Assembly: GCA_021323655.1 (NCBI GenBank) | Contig: JAJPKO010000043.1 | Coordinates: forward strand, 22,337-86,336 | DNA length: 64,000 bases | Direction of reading: 5' to 3' | From: Acidobacteriaceae bacterium | Lineage (GTDB): Bacteria; Acidobacteriota; Terriglobia; Terriglobales; Acidobacteriaceae | Shown here: positions 1 to 9,105 of the stretch, in pieces | Layout of the letters: the number at the start of each line of letters is the position of its first letter | Position numbering within the stretch: the first letter of the stretch is position 1 | Notes under the pieces: generated by a model | The model's database searches: none | What the model saw: only the letters and a program-made list of their open reading frames with translations | What the model was told of the DNA's origin: nothing | Position numbers and translations under genes: made by a program

Positions 1-390
1 GACGAGACGTCCATGCTGCACGCCTTTCAATCCGATCAGATGGCCTGCGAACTCCTCCACCCGTTGGGATTTGCCATGGACGATGAGGACTTCCAGGCAG
101 GAATCACGGTTAAGATGAGCATGGCTGGTCGAAACCACCAGATCGTGGTTTGCGTGCTGCAGTTCGGTCAACTTCTCGGTTACGCCGTGAGCATGATGGT
201 CGTAGATGAGCGTGACGGTTCCTACTACGATCGCGTTAGGAACTGCCGTCCGTTCCGCAACCAGGCGATCGCGAATCAGATCGCGAAATGCCTCGGATCG
301 GTTGGTATAGCCAAGCCGGGAGATGAAATGGTCGAAGCGTTCGAGGAGGTCAGAATCGAGTGCAACTCCGATTCTGCTAAGGACTCCCAT
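1..390 (-). CDS. nikR: Nickel-responsive regulator NikR, C-terminal few residues beyond window edge
   Basis: Own translation from the ATG at 390 gives MGVLSRIGVALDSDLLERFDHFISRLGYTNRSEAFRDLIRDRL, a ribbon-helix-helix N-terminus. Further on, QHANHDLVVSTSHAHLNRDSCLEVLIVHG aligns with the NikR His/Cys nickel-site region. There is no stop in the window, so it is absent from the ORF track. Confidence 0.85.
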   Translation of the reverse strand, partial: MGVLSRIGVALDSDLLERFDHFISRLGYTNRSEAFRDLIRDRLVAERTAVPNAIVVGTVTLIYDHHAHGVTEKLTELQHANHDLVVSTSHAHLNRDSCLEVLIVHGKSQRVEEFAGHLIGLKGVQHGRLV

Positions 391-565
391 GGTCACTCCT
401 TAGAAGAAAATCGCCTCTCCATAGGGAACCGGAGAATAGCACGATTCCAAAATTCGTGGCACAACACTCCATTATTATTGCGAACCCAGATGTGGCATTA
501 TGACGGTCGTCACAAATCGTGTCCCAGATAGAAACAAATTTCATTCCATCAAGTGAGGTGAGTCG

Positions 566-1639
566 ATGAGAAGTGCTGCGCGCCTCAAGATGGGCTACTA
601 TCCGCTGCCTGAAAGCGAAGGGAAAAAGCTTCGCACACTCCTATCATTCGCCGACCAGGCTTCAGTGGTCGATCCCTGCGTCGGACAAGGCACAGCGCTA
701 GAACTTGTGACCAGCGATGCTTTCGTTCGACGCTATGGCATCGAACTTGATGCCGAGCGCGCACGCATCGCCAGTTCAAAAGGCATCGAGACCATCCAGG
801 GAAACACATTCGACGCCATTGCGAAGCCAGAATCGTTTTCTCTTGTCTACTTGAATCCGCCCTATGATTCTGAGATCGGCTCCATCGGCAATCGGCGCAT
901 GGAGGTAGTGTTTCTGGAACATGCCTACCGCTGGCTGCGAATGGAAGGCGTTCTGATTCTGGTGATTCCGTTCGAGCGGCTGCATGACTGCACCGGAATG
1001 CTGAGTTCGCACTTTGCCAACTTGAGCGCCTTTCGCATGACGGAGCTCGATTCGGTTCAGTACCGGCAGACCGCCATCCTCGGCATTCGCCGCGACATCA
1101 GAGGCTCGGCCGTCGAGAACAACAAACGACAATTGCAGAGTCTTGGCCTCTACGGAAGCTTCCAGAAACTGCCTGAGTTGCAGCCAGGTGCCTGCCCGAC
1201 CTATTCCGTGCCGCCCTCGGGCGAAGCGGCCATAAGCTATCGCGGCCTCCCGTACGATCTTCTGGAAGACTTGTTGCCGCATTCTGGAGCATGGAGGCAG
1301 GTAGCTCCTCTGCTGTTGCCGCACGATGATGTGGCAACCGGCCGGCCCATAACCCCGCTGCATGGCGGCCACGTTGGTCTCTTATGCACTGCAGGGCTGC
1401 TTAATGGTGTTTTCGGCGAGGGAGAGAACCGGCACATCGCGCGCTGGCGGTCGGTCAAGCTCGTGACAACCTTTGTTGAAGAGGACGGGGACGCCGAGAT
1501 CATTCATCATCGAGAACGCTGGACCAATGAACTACGCCTGGTTTACGCGGATGGAAGAACACTCAAGTTGACGGAGACTCCGGTGAAGAAGGAGGAGAAC
1601 GCCGATGGAGAATGCACATCTGCGGCTCGGGCTGCTTGA
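566..1639 (+). CDS. N6-adenine DNA methyltransferase-like protein (NPPY motif)
   Basis: VVDPCVGQGTALE looks like an AdoMet-binding motif I. VYLNPPYD is the catalytic motif IV of amino-methyltransferases. A GAGGTGA SD precedes the ATG at 566. Confidence 0.65.
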   Translation: MRSAARLKMGYYPLPESEGKKLRTLLSFADQASVVDPCVGQGTALELVTSDAFVRRYGIELDAERARIASSKGIETIQGNTFDAIAKPESFSLVYLNPPYDSEIGSIGNRRMEVVFLEHAYRWLRMEGVLILVIPFERLHDCTGMLSSHFANLSAFRMTELDSVQYRQTAILGIRRDIRGSAVENNKRQLQSLGLYGSFQKLPELQPGACPTYSVPPSGEAAISYRGLPYDLLEDLLPHSGAWRQVAPLLLPHDDVATGRPITPLHGGHVGLLCTAGLLNGVFGEGENRHIARWRSVKLVTTFVEEDGDAEIIHHRERWTNELRLVYADGRTLKLTETPVKKEENADGECTSAARAA

Positions 1640-2255
1640 GTACGTGCGCATTACAGAAAAGACCTCGACACGCATTCGCCTTCGGGTCGATCGCTATATG
1701 GGGGAGGGCCGGCAGGCGCATCTGCTGAGCGTCTTTGGAAATGATTCGGACGTGGGCACGATTACTGCGGCCGTTCACGAGAAGGCTACATTTAGCCTTA
1801 CCTTTCCCGATGGCACTACAAAAGAGGTCTCGCTCGGCGAGCGCGCTTCTTGCTACAAAGGCGCGGTAACTCTGCCGGGGCGGAAGCATCCTGTCCGTCA
1901 CCTAGTGGCCGTGTCTCAGGAGCTACACACGAACGGAACTTCGGGCAGGACGCTTCTGTTGCGCTACCGAAGGGAAGAGGCGTGGTCAACACTGGTCAGC
2001 TTCCTCGGTCTTCCCGCGGTTCCCGCCTGGTCTGATCATGTCCTGGGAATTGTCGAAGGAAAGAAGCGGATCGAGGAAATTGACGGAATCGGCTGCGAGC
2101 CGGTGCTGGTTTCAGCGGCCACGGAAGAGGTGCTCGAGTGGATCGGCGAGGGGCTGCGCTCAGGAGCTGTGGCCTTTCCGAGCGAACCTGGTGCTGCTGC
2201 CTGGCCGCGGCCGTCGATTGCGGAGTTGCTTGAGGTTTCGTCTGTATCTTACTGA
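1605..2255 (+). CDS. Hypothetical protein (start uncertain, overlaps methylase 3' end)
   Basis: 216 aa ORF with no recognisable motif. It lies co-directionally between the methylase and the DUF433 gene. Confidence 0.4.
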   Translation: MENAHLRLGLLEYVRITEKTSTRIRLRVDRYMGEGRQAHLLSVFGNDSDVGTITAAVHEKATFSLTFPDGTTKEVSLGERASCYKGAVTLPGRKHPVRHLVAVSQELHTNGTSGRTLLLRYRREEAWSTLVSFLGLPAVPAWSDHVLGIVEGKKRIEEIDGIGCEPVLVSAATEEVLEWIGEGLRSGAVAFPSEPGAAAWPRPSIAELLEVSSVSY

Positions 2256-2354
2256 TAGTTTGTTGCTTGACTGGCTATTTTGCTTCTGTGGTCGAATTGC
2301 GTTAATTGTTCTCCTGGAGGAGATGAATTATGATAGAGAGCATGGAGGTCCCCA

Positions 2355-2990
2355 ATGGAAGCCGCTATCGAGAGTCTGACAACCAGCGAGGCAGCCATCG
2401 CGGCAGGCGTGACGGTTGCCAAGATCAACCGGATGATCGACAAACGGATCTTGCCGAAGATGCTTTACAAAGCATCGCAGAACCGAACCGTTCGCAAAGA
2501 TGCTTGCCTCTGGATCGCCTTCTACTTCGAAACCGAAGACGTGTTGACTTCAGGTGCGCGTGTCAAAGCGATGCGGAACGCGCTGGCGCACAACCACTCC
2601 TGGACCGAGCTGCGCCAATGCAAGTTCGAAGAGTCCCGCACGGTGCAGGTTTTGCTGTCCTCCATCTGGGACGACGTGGATCGCCGCCTGAACCAGCTAA
2701 GGCAGGCACAGGAACTCGTCATCGAAGACCCGGAGATACTGCGCGGCACACCCGTCATTCGAGGAACGCGCATCCCGGTGTACGACGTTGCCAGTCTGGT
2801 CGATGCCGGGACGCCACTTGAGGAATTGCGAGAGATTTACCCCAAGCTCACGCCATCGCAGATCGAATTGGCTTCGATGTACGCGAAAGCGAACCCACAA
2901 CGGGGCCGTCCACGGCGTCGGCACCCGTCCAAGAGCCTGTCGGTCTCAATTTCCAAGAAGCGACTTCGTAGCTCCTCATTAGGAGGCTAG
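2355..2990 (+). CDS. DUF433-domain protein with N-terminal HTH-like extension (antitoxin-like)
   Basis: The C-terminal ILRGTPVIRGTRIPVYDVASLVDAGTPLEELREIYPKLTPSQIELASMY is the DUF433 signature. A GGAGG SD lies upstream of the ATG. Confidence 0.7.
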   Translation: MEAAIESLTTSEAAIAAGVTVAKINRMIDKRILPKMLYKASQNRTVRKDACLWIAFYFETEDVLTSGARVKAMRNALAHNHSWTELRQCKFEESRTVQVLLSSIWDDVDRRLNQLRQAQELVIEDPEILRGTPVIRGTRIPVYDVASLVDAGTPLEELREIYPKLTPSQIELASMYAKANPQRGRPRRRHPSKSLSVSISKKRLRSSSLGG

Positions 2991-2994
2991 AAGT

Positions 2995-3426
2995 TTGCCG
3001 AAAATCCTGATCGACGAAAACCTGAGCCCTTAGCTGACGGCCGACGCACAGCAGAGGGGCTTTCTGTGTTCGCACGTCAACCATCTCGGCAAGACAGGCA
3101 CCAAAGACTGGGAACTCAAGCGCGTCATTCTGGAAGGCGACTGGACATTCGTTACCAATAACAGCACCGACTTTCGCGGGCCTGCGAATGAACCAGGCTC
3201 TTCTGGCGAATACGCGGACGTGCGCCTGCACGCCGGCTTGATCTGCATCGATGCGCCATTTGGCTTGAACCTGGACCTGCAGCGGCAGATCTTTGGACTG
3301 ATCCTGGACGAACTCGCGAAGGATGGCGACCTCACCAACCAAGTACTGCAAGTTGATGTGAGGAAAGACGGTCGAGTCGAACTCGAGCGCTTTGCTCTGC
3401 CTGCGGAAGAGGCTGACCGCTCCTAA
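2995..3426 (+). pseudogene. DUF5615 / Mut7-C-like PIN-type toxin homologue interrupted by in-frame TAG (3031-3033)
   Basis: Own translation from the TTG at 2995 gives LPKILIDENLSP*LTADAQQRGFLCSHVNHLGKTGTKDWELKRVILEGDWTFVTNNSTDF... The KILIDENLSP start and the TxDxDF-like segment are typical of DUF5615 partners of DUF433. It is in the same frame as track ORF 3220..3426. Confidence 0.6.
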
Positions 3427-3542
3427 GCAGCCCACTCATCTCCTGGTATCCTCAAAGAGAGAAACTCCCTCCTCATCGTGAGCGATCTCTGACTCGCGCC
3501 TGAATAATCCATCCCAAAAGCCAGCCTGAAGGAGGTGTCCGC

Positions 3543-5849
3543 ATGGAGACGACCTTCGATTACCTGCGCCAGTTTGGCCCTCTTCTGGCCGAGCGCATCC
3601 TCGAAACCTATCCTCCTCTCCAAAGCACAAAAGATCCGGTCGCACCCGGTCTCGCCGGGCTGCTGCGCAAAGCGCTACCCGCGCAGGCGGTGGCCATTAC
3701 CGGCACAGCAAAGTATCTCCGCAACGCCAAGGCTGCACGCATTGTCGCCGAATGTGGGGCGGGGAAGACGTTTATGGCCTTGGGGACGATCCATGTGCTA
3801 TCGGAGGGGCAGCCAACAACGACGCTGGTGATGTGCCCATCGCACATTACACACAAATGGGCGCGCGAGGTCCTCTTCACTATTCCGCGTGCCCGCACTT
3901 TCCTCATCGAAGACATGCGCAATGGCGGCGATCCCAGCCGTCCACACGGCGTGTGCGAGGTGAAGCTGAAGAATGGCAGAACTGTCTACGAGGGCAAGCG
4001 GCTCGCGCTGTCGGATATGCGGCAGATGGGCCGTAAGGAATGGCGGACGCGGTTTCCCGGACCGACGTTCTTCATTACCGGCAAGGACAAAGGCAAGCTC
4101 AGCTACTTCTGGGATCACGTCTACCTCAAAGCAAAGTCCGGTCCCAACCTCGGTGGTGTCATCAATCCCGATTCGGGGCTCGCCGTTCTCGATTCGGAGA
4201 TGGAAAAGCTCACCGCACTCGATTTCAGGGAGAAGGTAAAAGTCTCGGAATCTCTAACTGCCCGAAAAGGCGGAACTACTAGGTTTTCGGCGCTCTGGCA
4301 GGCGGACCGCAACAAGATTCAGCGCATGGCGCCCATCGAGTACATCGGCCGCTACATGGGCGGATGGTTCGACTTCGCGATTGCCGACGAACTGCATCAA
4401 CTGGCCGGCGACACCGCACAGGGCAACGGACTCGGCGTCCTCGGCCGTGCAGCGCAGAGATTAATCGCGCTTACAGGCACATTGATGGGCGGCTATGCCG
4501 ACGACCTCTTCAACGTCTTCTACCGCATGGAACCACGCGCCATGGTGCGCGAAGGTTTCGCCTATGGAGGCCAGGGACGGAGGGACTTTCAGGAACAATA
4601 CGGCGTTCTTGAAACCATCGAGAAGATCGAAAGCACGGACAACGCCTGCTCGCGGGCGACGAAGAAAACGGTGCGCGTCCTCCGCAAGCCGGGTGCCTCG
4701 CCGTTGCTCTTCGGCAAGTTCCTCATGAACACGACGGCCTTCCTGGCTCTCGAAGACATCTCCGACAACTTGCCTCGCTACGACGAGAGCGTGATCTCAG
4801 TCGATATGGACGAGACACTCCAGCAGGCCTACGAAAAGCTCGAAGAGGATATCCGCTCGGCGATGCGAGAGCATCGCGGCAACAAGAGCTTGATGAGCAT
4901 TCTGCTCAATACGCTCCTGTTATATCCCGACTACCCTTACGACTTCGACGAGATCTGGGCACGTGTTTTTGATCCGCAAACGCAGGAGTTCGTAAAGTTT
5001 CTGGTCACCACACCTCAAAACCTCACGCCGGATGCGCTGTACGCAAAAGAGCGCGCCCTCATCGCGGATGTGAAGGAGGAACTGCGCCAAGGGAGGCGGT
5101 GCCAGATTTATGCAACGTACACAGGCGAAAAGGATGTCAACGCACGCCTCGAAGCTGTTCTACGCCGGGAGGGCATCCGGGTTGCGGTACTTCGTTCCTC
5201 GGTGCCCACCGACAAGCGTGAGGATTGGTATGACCGCCAACTCAAGGCCGACACCGAAGTAGTTGTGTGCCATCCGAAACTCGTCGAAACAGGCCTCGAC
5301 CTGCTCGCGTTTCCGACGCTTTACTTCTACGAGACCGGATATTCGTTACACACCCTGCGCCAGGCGAGCAGGCGGTCCTGGCGCATTGGGCAAAGATTTC
5401 CGGTGCGGGTGAAGTTCGTGACCTACTCCGGGACGATGCAGGAAACGTGCCTTCGGCTGATGGGCAAGAAGATGCTGGTGGCCCTAATGATGGAAGGCAA
5501 GTTCTCCGGCGAAGGATTGCAGGCGCTTGACACAGACGAAGATCTGATGAGCGCCATGGCGCGCGAATTGGTAGAGAAGGCTGGTGTAGGTGAGTCCGCC
5601 AATGCTGTATGGAGAGAACTCGATCAGGAGCGCGAAAAGATCCAGCCGCGGCCTGCCGCCATGGAGCCTGAACAGGAAGAGGAGCTAGCCCCGGTGCTCA
5701 ATCTGCCTGAGGCGTCCGAACCGCAGCCAGGGCCCATGGCTTTCGGCATTCATCTGATGGAACCGCCTTCTGCGGCGAAGAAGCGGAAGAAAGCTCCGGT
5801 TTGGCCCACGGCTAAGGAAACCGATGCGCAACTCAGCCTCTTCGACTGA
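3543..5849 (+). CDS. SNF2/DEAD-like superfamily 2 helicase
   Basis: Walker A is ECGAGKTFMALG, motif II is ADELHQLAG, and the helicase C-terminal motif VI-like segment is LRQASRRSWRIGQ. An AAGGAGG SD lies 8 nt before the ATG. Confidence 0.8.
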   Translation: METTFDYLRQFGPLLAERILETYPPLQSTKDPVAPGLAGLLRKALPAQAVAITGTAKYLRNAKAARIVAECGAGKTFMALGTIHVLSEGQPTTTLVMCPSHITHKWAREVLFTIPRARTFLIEDMRNGGDPSRPHGVCEVKLKNGRTVYEGKRLALSDMRQMGRKEWRTRFPGPTFFITGKDKGKLSYFWDHVYLKAKSGPNLGGVINPDSGLAVLDSEMEKLTALDFREKVKVSESLTARKGGTTRFSALWQADRNKIQRMAPIEYIGRYMGGWFDFAIADELHQLAGDTAQGNGLGVLGRAAQRLIALTGTLMGGYADDLFNVFYRMEPRAMVREGFAYGGQGRRDFQEQYGVLETIEKIESTDNACSRATKKTVRVLRKPGASPLLFGKFLMNTTAFLALEDISDNLPRYDESVISVDMDETLQQAYEKLEEDIRSAMREHRGNKSLMSILLNTLLLYPDYPYDFDEIWARVFDPQTQEFVKFLVTTPQNLTPDALYAKERALIADVKEELRQGRRCQIYATYTGEKDVNARLEAVLRREGIRVAVLRSSVPTDKREDWYDRQLKADTEVVVCHPKLVETGLDLLAFPTLYFYETGYSLHTLRQASRRSWRIGQRFPVRVKFVTYSGTMQETCLRLMGKKMLVALMMEGKFSGEGLQALDTDEDLMSAMARELVEKAGVGESANAVWRELDQEREKIQPRPAAMEPEQEEELAPVLNLPEASEPQPGPMAFGIHLMEPPSAAKKRKKAPVWPTAKETDAQLSLFD

Positions 5850-5906
5850 GTTTTCGCAAATTCAACCCAAAGATACAGTTTCAAGATTCAGTCAGGAGGT
5901 GACATC

Positions 5907-6320
5907 GTGAGTGAGCAACAGGAGAAGATTCGCTGCCGAGGTTGTGAACTGGTTCAGTGGAGCGACCGGAAGAATTGCAGGCGTTGCGGCGCCGTGTTGC
6001 CTGAGCAGGTCGTGAAGATCGTCGAGCGGATTGTTGAGAAGGTTGTAATCCGCCAGGACGCTGAATGTCTCGCCACACTTGAGCAGGCTCAGAAGCTGAT
6101 CGCAATGGCATCGGAACGTCTAAGCCTAAAGACATTCGAACCAGTGTCTCCGCCTCAACCAAATACCTCGTTTCCGACGATGGCAGAGGCGGAACGGGCG
6201 CTCATTCTTGCGGCCTTCCAGAAATCGCGCCGTAAACCTCTCGAAGCCGCGCGGCTGCTCGGGATCGGGAAGACAACCATGTACCGGAAGTTGCGTGAAA
6301 TAAAGGGGATGGCAGCGTAA
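5907..6320 (+). CDS. Zinc-ribbon plus Fis-type HTH DNA-binding protein
   Basis: The N-terminal CRGC..x13..CRRC forms a zinc ribbon. The C-terminal LEAARLLGIGKTTMYRKLRE is a Fis-family HTH. The start is a GTG preceded by AGGAGG. Confidence 0.6.
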   Translation: MSEQQEKIRCRGCELVQWSDRKNCRRCGAVLPEQVVKIVERIVEKVVIRQDAECLATLEQAQKLIAMASERLSLKTFEPVSPPQPNTSFPTMAEAERALILAAFQKSRRKPLEAARLLGIGKTTMYRKLREIKGMAA

Positions 6321-6424
6321 TTTTCGTCAGTATTGTCTGGCATCTATGATGCCTCGATAATGGGAGGTGGTTGACCAAGTGGCACTATTAGAGCGATAAT
6401 TAACTTGTCAACTGGAGGCTCACC

Positions 6425-7330
6425 ATGGTCACATATTCTTCCCATCCCAAAACCCTGGATGAGGTTCAGGCCGCCCTCCAAAAGCACCTCGGCGATCCGG
6501 GCAGAAAAAAGCCCAGCTATACGATTGACCGTCCTTCGCCCAACGCGAACCGGCTCTGCTTGGTCTCCCACGCCATGAACGACCTCCGCTACGAGGTGCG
6601 TCCGGATCTGCTGCAGATCGTCGCAAAGTCCTGGCGTCTTCATTTGTATCTCGACCCCTTCCTCGTAAGCTCAGAATTTGCCAAGGACAAATTTTGCCTC
6701 TTCATTGAAACTCATCCAGACGCTGACCACAGGCATTTCAGCTCGGTGTTGCGCGAACTGACCACGACCAAGCATCCGGCGTTCTACTCGCGGGTTCTGC
6801 GGGCATTCCGCCGTCTGGAAAACAATCTTCCCGCCACGCTGATCGATGAAGCGACGGCGGCGCCCACGGATTATCTGGTGGCGGTCGAAGCGCTGAGTTC
6901 AGCTCCCGAAACCACCGAACTGATTGCAGAGGACCCTTTTGTCGCTGCGAAGTTTCGCGGTCTCAAACGGAAGCAGCAGATGCTCGAAGCGTCCGGTGGG
7001 GCGCTGACTTCTGAGCAGGTTGCCGAGATTCTCGGCATCTCGCGGCAGGCTGTCGACAAACGGCGGGCTGCCGATCAACTCCTGGCGTTGACGCAGGGGA
7101 GGAGAGGGTACAGCTATCCCAGCTTCCAGTTCGAAGACGGTAAGACCATCTCGGGGCTCGAAGAGGTTCTCGCGGCACTCAAAGATCTCGATCCGTGGAT
7201 GCAGATGGTGTTCTTCAGCAGTCCGCACGAGCGGCTGGAAGGAAAGACTCCTATCGAAATACTCAAGAGAGGACGGGCGAGCGATGTCAAGGCTGCGGCC
7301 AGCGGATACGGCGAGCAAGGAGCCGTATGA
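6425..7330 (+). CDS. Xre/ParS/MbcA-type antitoxin (C-terminal DUF2384) with about 190 aa N-terminal extension
   Basis: The C-terminus LTSEQVAEILGISRQAVDKRR...PHERLEGKTPIEILKRG matches an HTH plus a DUF2384 toxin-binding domain. Its stop overlaps the RES gene start (ATGA). Confidence 0.65.
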   Translation: MVTYSSHPKTLDEVQAALQKHLGDPGRKKPSYTIDRPSPNANRLCLVSHAMNDLRYEVRPDLLQIVAKSWRLHLYLDPFLVSSEFAKDKFCLFIETHPDADHRHFSSVLRELTTTKHPAFYSRVLRAFRRLENNLPATLIDEATAAPTDYLVAVEALSSAPETTELIAEDPFVAAKFRGLKRKQQMLEASGGALTSEQVAEILGISRQAVDKRRAADQLLALTQGRRGYSYPSFQFEDGKTISGLEEVLAALKDLDPWMQMVFFSSPHERLEGKTPIEILKRGRASDVKAAASGYGEQGAV

Positions 7331-7944
7331 CGGATCAGCCAGGGGATCACCCGCTTCCTCATCGGGAACTCACGTCGCAGACACCGCTAATTTTTACGGT
7401 GAAGAGTAGCGATGTGCTCTATCGCCATCACCGCGCCGACAAGGATCCCATCTATTTCGGAACGAGCGGCAACAACCGCTTTGACGATCCGGATTGCCGA
7501 GCGGGTCACGCCTTCGGCGTGCTCTATTCCGGTGAAGACCCGCAATGTTGCTTCATCGAGTCCTGCGGCGGAACGACGGGAGTGCCTGCGGTCTCAGGGG
7601 CCTACCTCGATGCGCGCGCCATGGCCACGCTCGAGCTGACAGAAGATCTTCACTTCGTCGATCTCTACTCAACTGGAGGACTGACGCGGATTGGCGCCGA
7701 TGGCCGGCTTTTCACAGGCTCGTACAAAATCGCGCAGCGGTGGTCACGAGCATTGCGCGCTCATCCGTCTAAACCCGATGGAATCCGATACCCATCCCGC
7801 CATGACCACACACGCATCGCGTATGCGATCTTTTCGCGCCCTCCGTCAACGTTCAAGACCGGTTCACTTGGTTCCTTGATGGCACCCGGCAACAGAGCGC
7901 TTCTCGACGATATTCTTTCGCTTTATCAAGTCGAGCTGCTTTGA
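7327..7944 (+). CDS. RES-domain toxin (ParT/MbcT-like NAD-targeting family)
   Basis: Candidate RES-domain motifs, recognised by eye only, are NNRFDD (Arg), CFIESCGG (Glu) and IRYPSRHD (Ser). The ATG at 7327 overlaps the antitoxin stop by 4 nt. Confidence 0.7.
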   Translation: MTDQPGDHPLPHRELTSQTPLIFTVKSSDVLYRHHRADKDPIYFGTSGNNRFDDPDCRAGHAFGVLYSGEDPQCCFIESCGGTTGVPAVSGAYLDARAMATLELTEDLHFVDLYSTGGLTRIGADGRLFTGSYKIAQRWSRALRAHPSKPDGIRYPSRHDHTRIAYAIFSRPPSTFKTGSLGSLMAPGNRALLDDILSLYQVELL

Positions 7945-7970
7945 CGCAGTTCGGCTTCATTCCTCTAAAA

Positions 7971-8004
7971 ACATAAGGTCAGCTTCGGCTGGCCTTATGT
8001 TTTG
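7971..8004 (+). terminator. Rho-independent terminator after RES gene
   Basis: ACATAAGGTCAGC-TTCG-GCTGGCCTTATGT forms a 13 bp stem with one G-U pair, followed by TTTTG. Confidence 0.7.
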
Positions 8005-8018
8005 CCTGTGAGGGCGAC

Positions 8019-8549
8019 ATGCCGAAAGGTCCGTTTCTTCCATCCGCGTTTGTTTCGACCAAGTTCTCTTCGACAGCCGATAAGGCAGACTTTGGCAACG
8101 CACTGCTGCACTTCTTGGAAGCCAACTGCTCTCAGGAGTTGTTTACGAAAAGGCTCTACAACCGGCTCTCGATGACGTTTGGGCACATCGCTCATTATGA
8201 TCGCGCAGGGTTCTACGACACCTGGTTCACACGGGCACGGCATAAGGCGGCATTTATTGAGAAGACGCTGCGCTGGCCCTGTCACGGTGACCCGGAGTAC
8301 ACGTTCAGCGATGTTGAACATGCAATCCAGCGGGTGATGCGGGAACGCAACTATCTTGCCCGTTTCGAACTGAGAGCCGCGGACGAATTGCGTACTGCGG
8401 AACTCAAGGACCTTGAGCGACTGGAAGCGAAGTACCGCGCCCAGAGACCGCTTGAGGGTGCCACCGCCGCAAATGAACTTGCAACTCCGACCATGTCTGG
8501 CACAGTGAGCACTCCTCCCGAAGCCCCTATCCAGATCAGCCTGTTCTAA
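8019..8549 (+). CDS. Hypothetical protein
   Basis: 176 aa ORF with no recognised motif. It lies directly upstream of the PRTRC genes. Confidence 0.45.
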   Translation: MPKGPFLPSAFVSTKFSSTADKADFGNALLHFLEANCSQELFTKRLYNRLSMTFGHIAHYDRAGFYDTWFTRARHKAAFIEKTLRWPCHGDPEYTFSDVEHAIQRVMRERNYLARFELRAADELRTAELKDLERLEAKYRAQRPLEGATAANELATPTMSGTVSTPPEAPIQISLF

Positions 8550-8650
8550 CCAGCCCATTCGAGCGTGAGCGAGACAGTGGTAAGCATGCGTTTGCAGTCG
8601 GGGCCTGTTCCTAACCTCACCTCAACCACATCCTCTTAAGGAGATACGCG

Positions 8651-8863
8651 ATGAGCACCCTGAAAGCCGAAGCCCTGGCGCGCGAGTTCAACTACAAGGG
8701 GATCCGCATCCCGGATCCCGGTCCTGACCTGACGGTCGAGCAGGTGCGCGATCTGCTCACCCCAAATTACCCGGAGATTGCCACGGCGACTGTCTCTGGT
8801 CCCGAGGCGACCGGGTCTGTCCTCCGCTACACCTTTAGCCGAGCCATTGGCACCAAGGGCTAA
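8651..8863 (+). CDS. PRTRC system protein C (ubiquitin-like beta-grasp)
   Basis: 70 aa. NYKGIRIPDPGPDLTVEQVRDLLTPNYPEIATATVSGPE...YTFSRAIGTKG matches my recollection of the TIGR03738 family, including the C-terminal GTKG. Confidence 0.75.
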   Translation: MSTLKAEALAREFNYKGIRIPDPGPDLTVEQVRDLLTPNYPEIATATVSGPEATGSVLRYTFSRAIGTKG

Positions 8864-8866
8864 GTC

Positions 8867-9085
8867 ATGCCGCCAGAGATAACGACTGCGGAGGAGTTGA
8901 TTACTTTCTTCGAGAAAAAGGCGACGGCTCCACCTCCGGCCTCCAGCCGTCTGCTCGCGAGGCACCTCCAATGCAAAGCATCTCTCACGGTCGCGCAGCT
9001 CCTCAGCGATGCAATGGAACGACACGCCGGCCGAGACAGCCATCCTCTCGCTGTGCCATCGGACCTGTTGCCTCCTCTGGGGTAG
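8867..9085 (+). CDS. Small hypothetical protein between PRTRC C and F
   Basis: 72 aa ORF that starts 4 nt after the protein C stop and ends 20 nt before the proposed protein F start. Confidence 0.35.
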   Translation: MPPEITTAEELITFFEKKATAPPPASSRLLARHLQCKASLTVAQLLSDAMERHAGRDSHPLAVPSDLLPPLG

Positions 9086-9105
9086 CAACACTCGCGCCCG
9101 CTTTT

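Noticed and set aside
13-531. 172 aa plus-strand ORF at the left edge
   Set aside because: It is the antisense shadow of nikR. The minus strand over 1-390 translates into a near-consensus NikR, whereas the plus-strand product has no recognisable features.
8971-9105. Track start of PRTRC protein F at 8971
   Set aside because: It would overlap the 72 aa ORF (8867-9085) by 115 nt, and the added N-terminus is Arg/Ser/Pro-rich. The in-frame ATG at 9106 gives a tidy non-overlapping arrangement.
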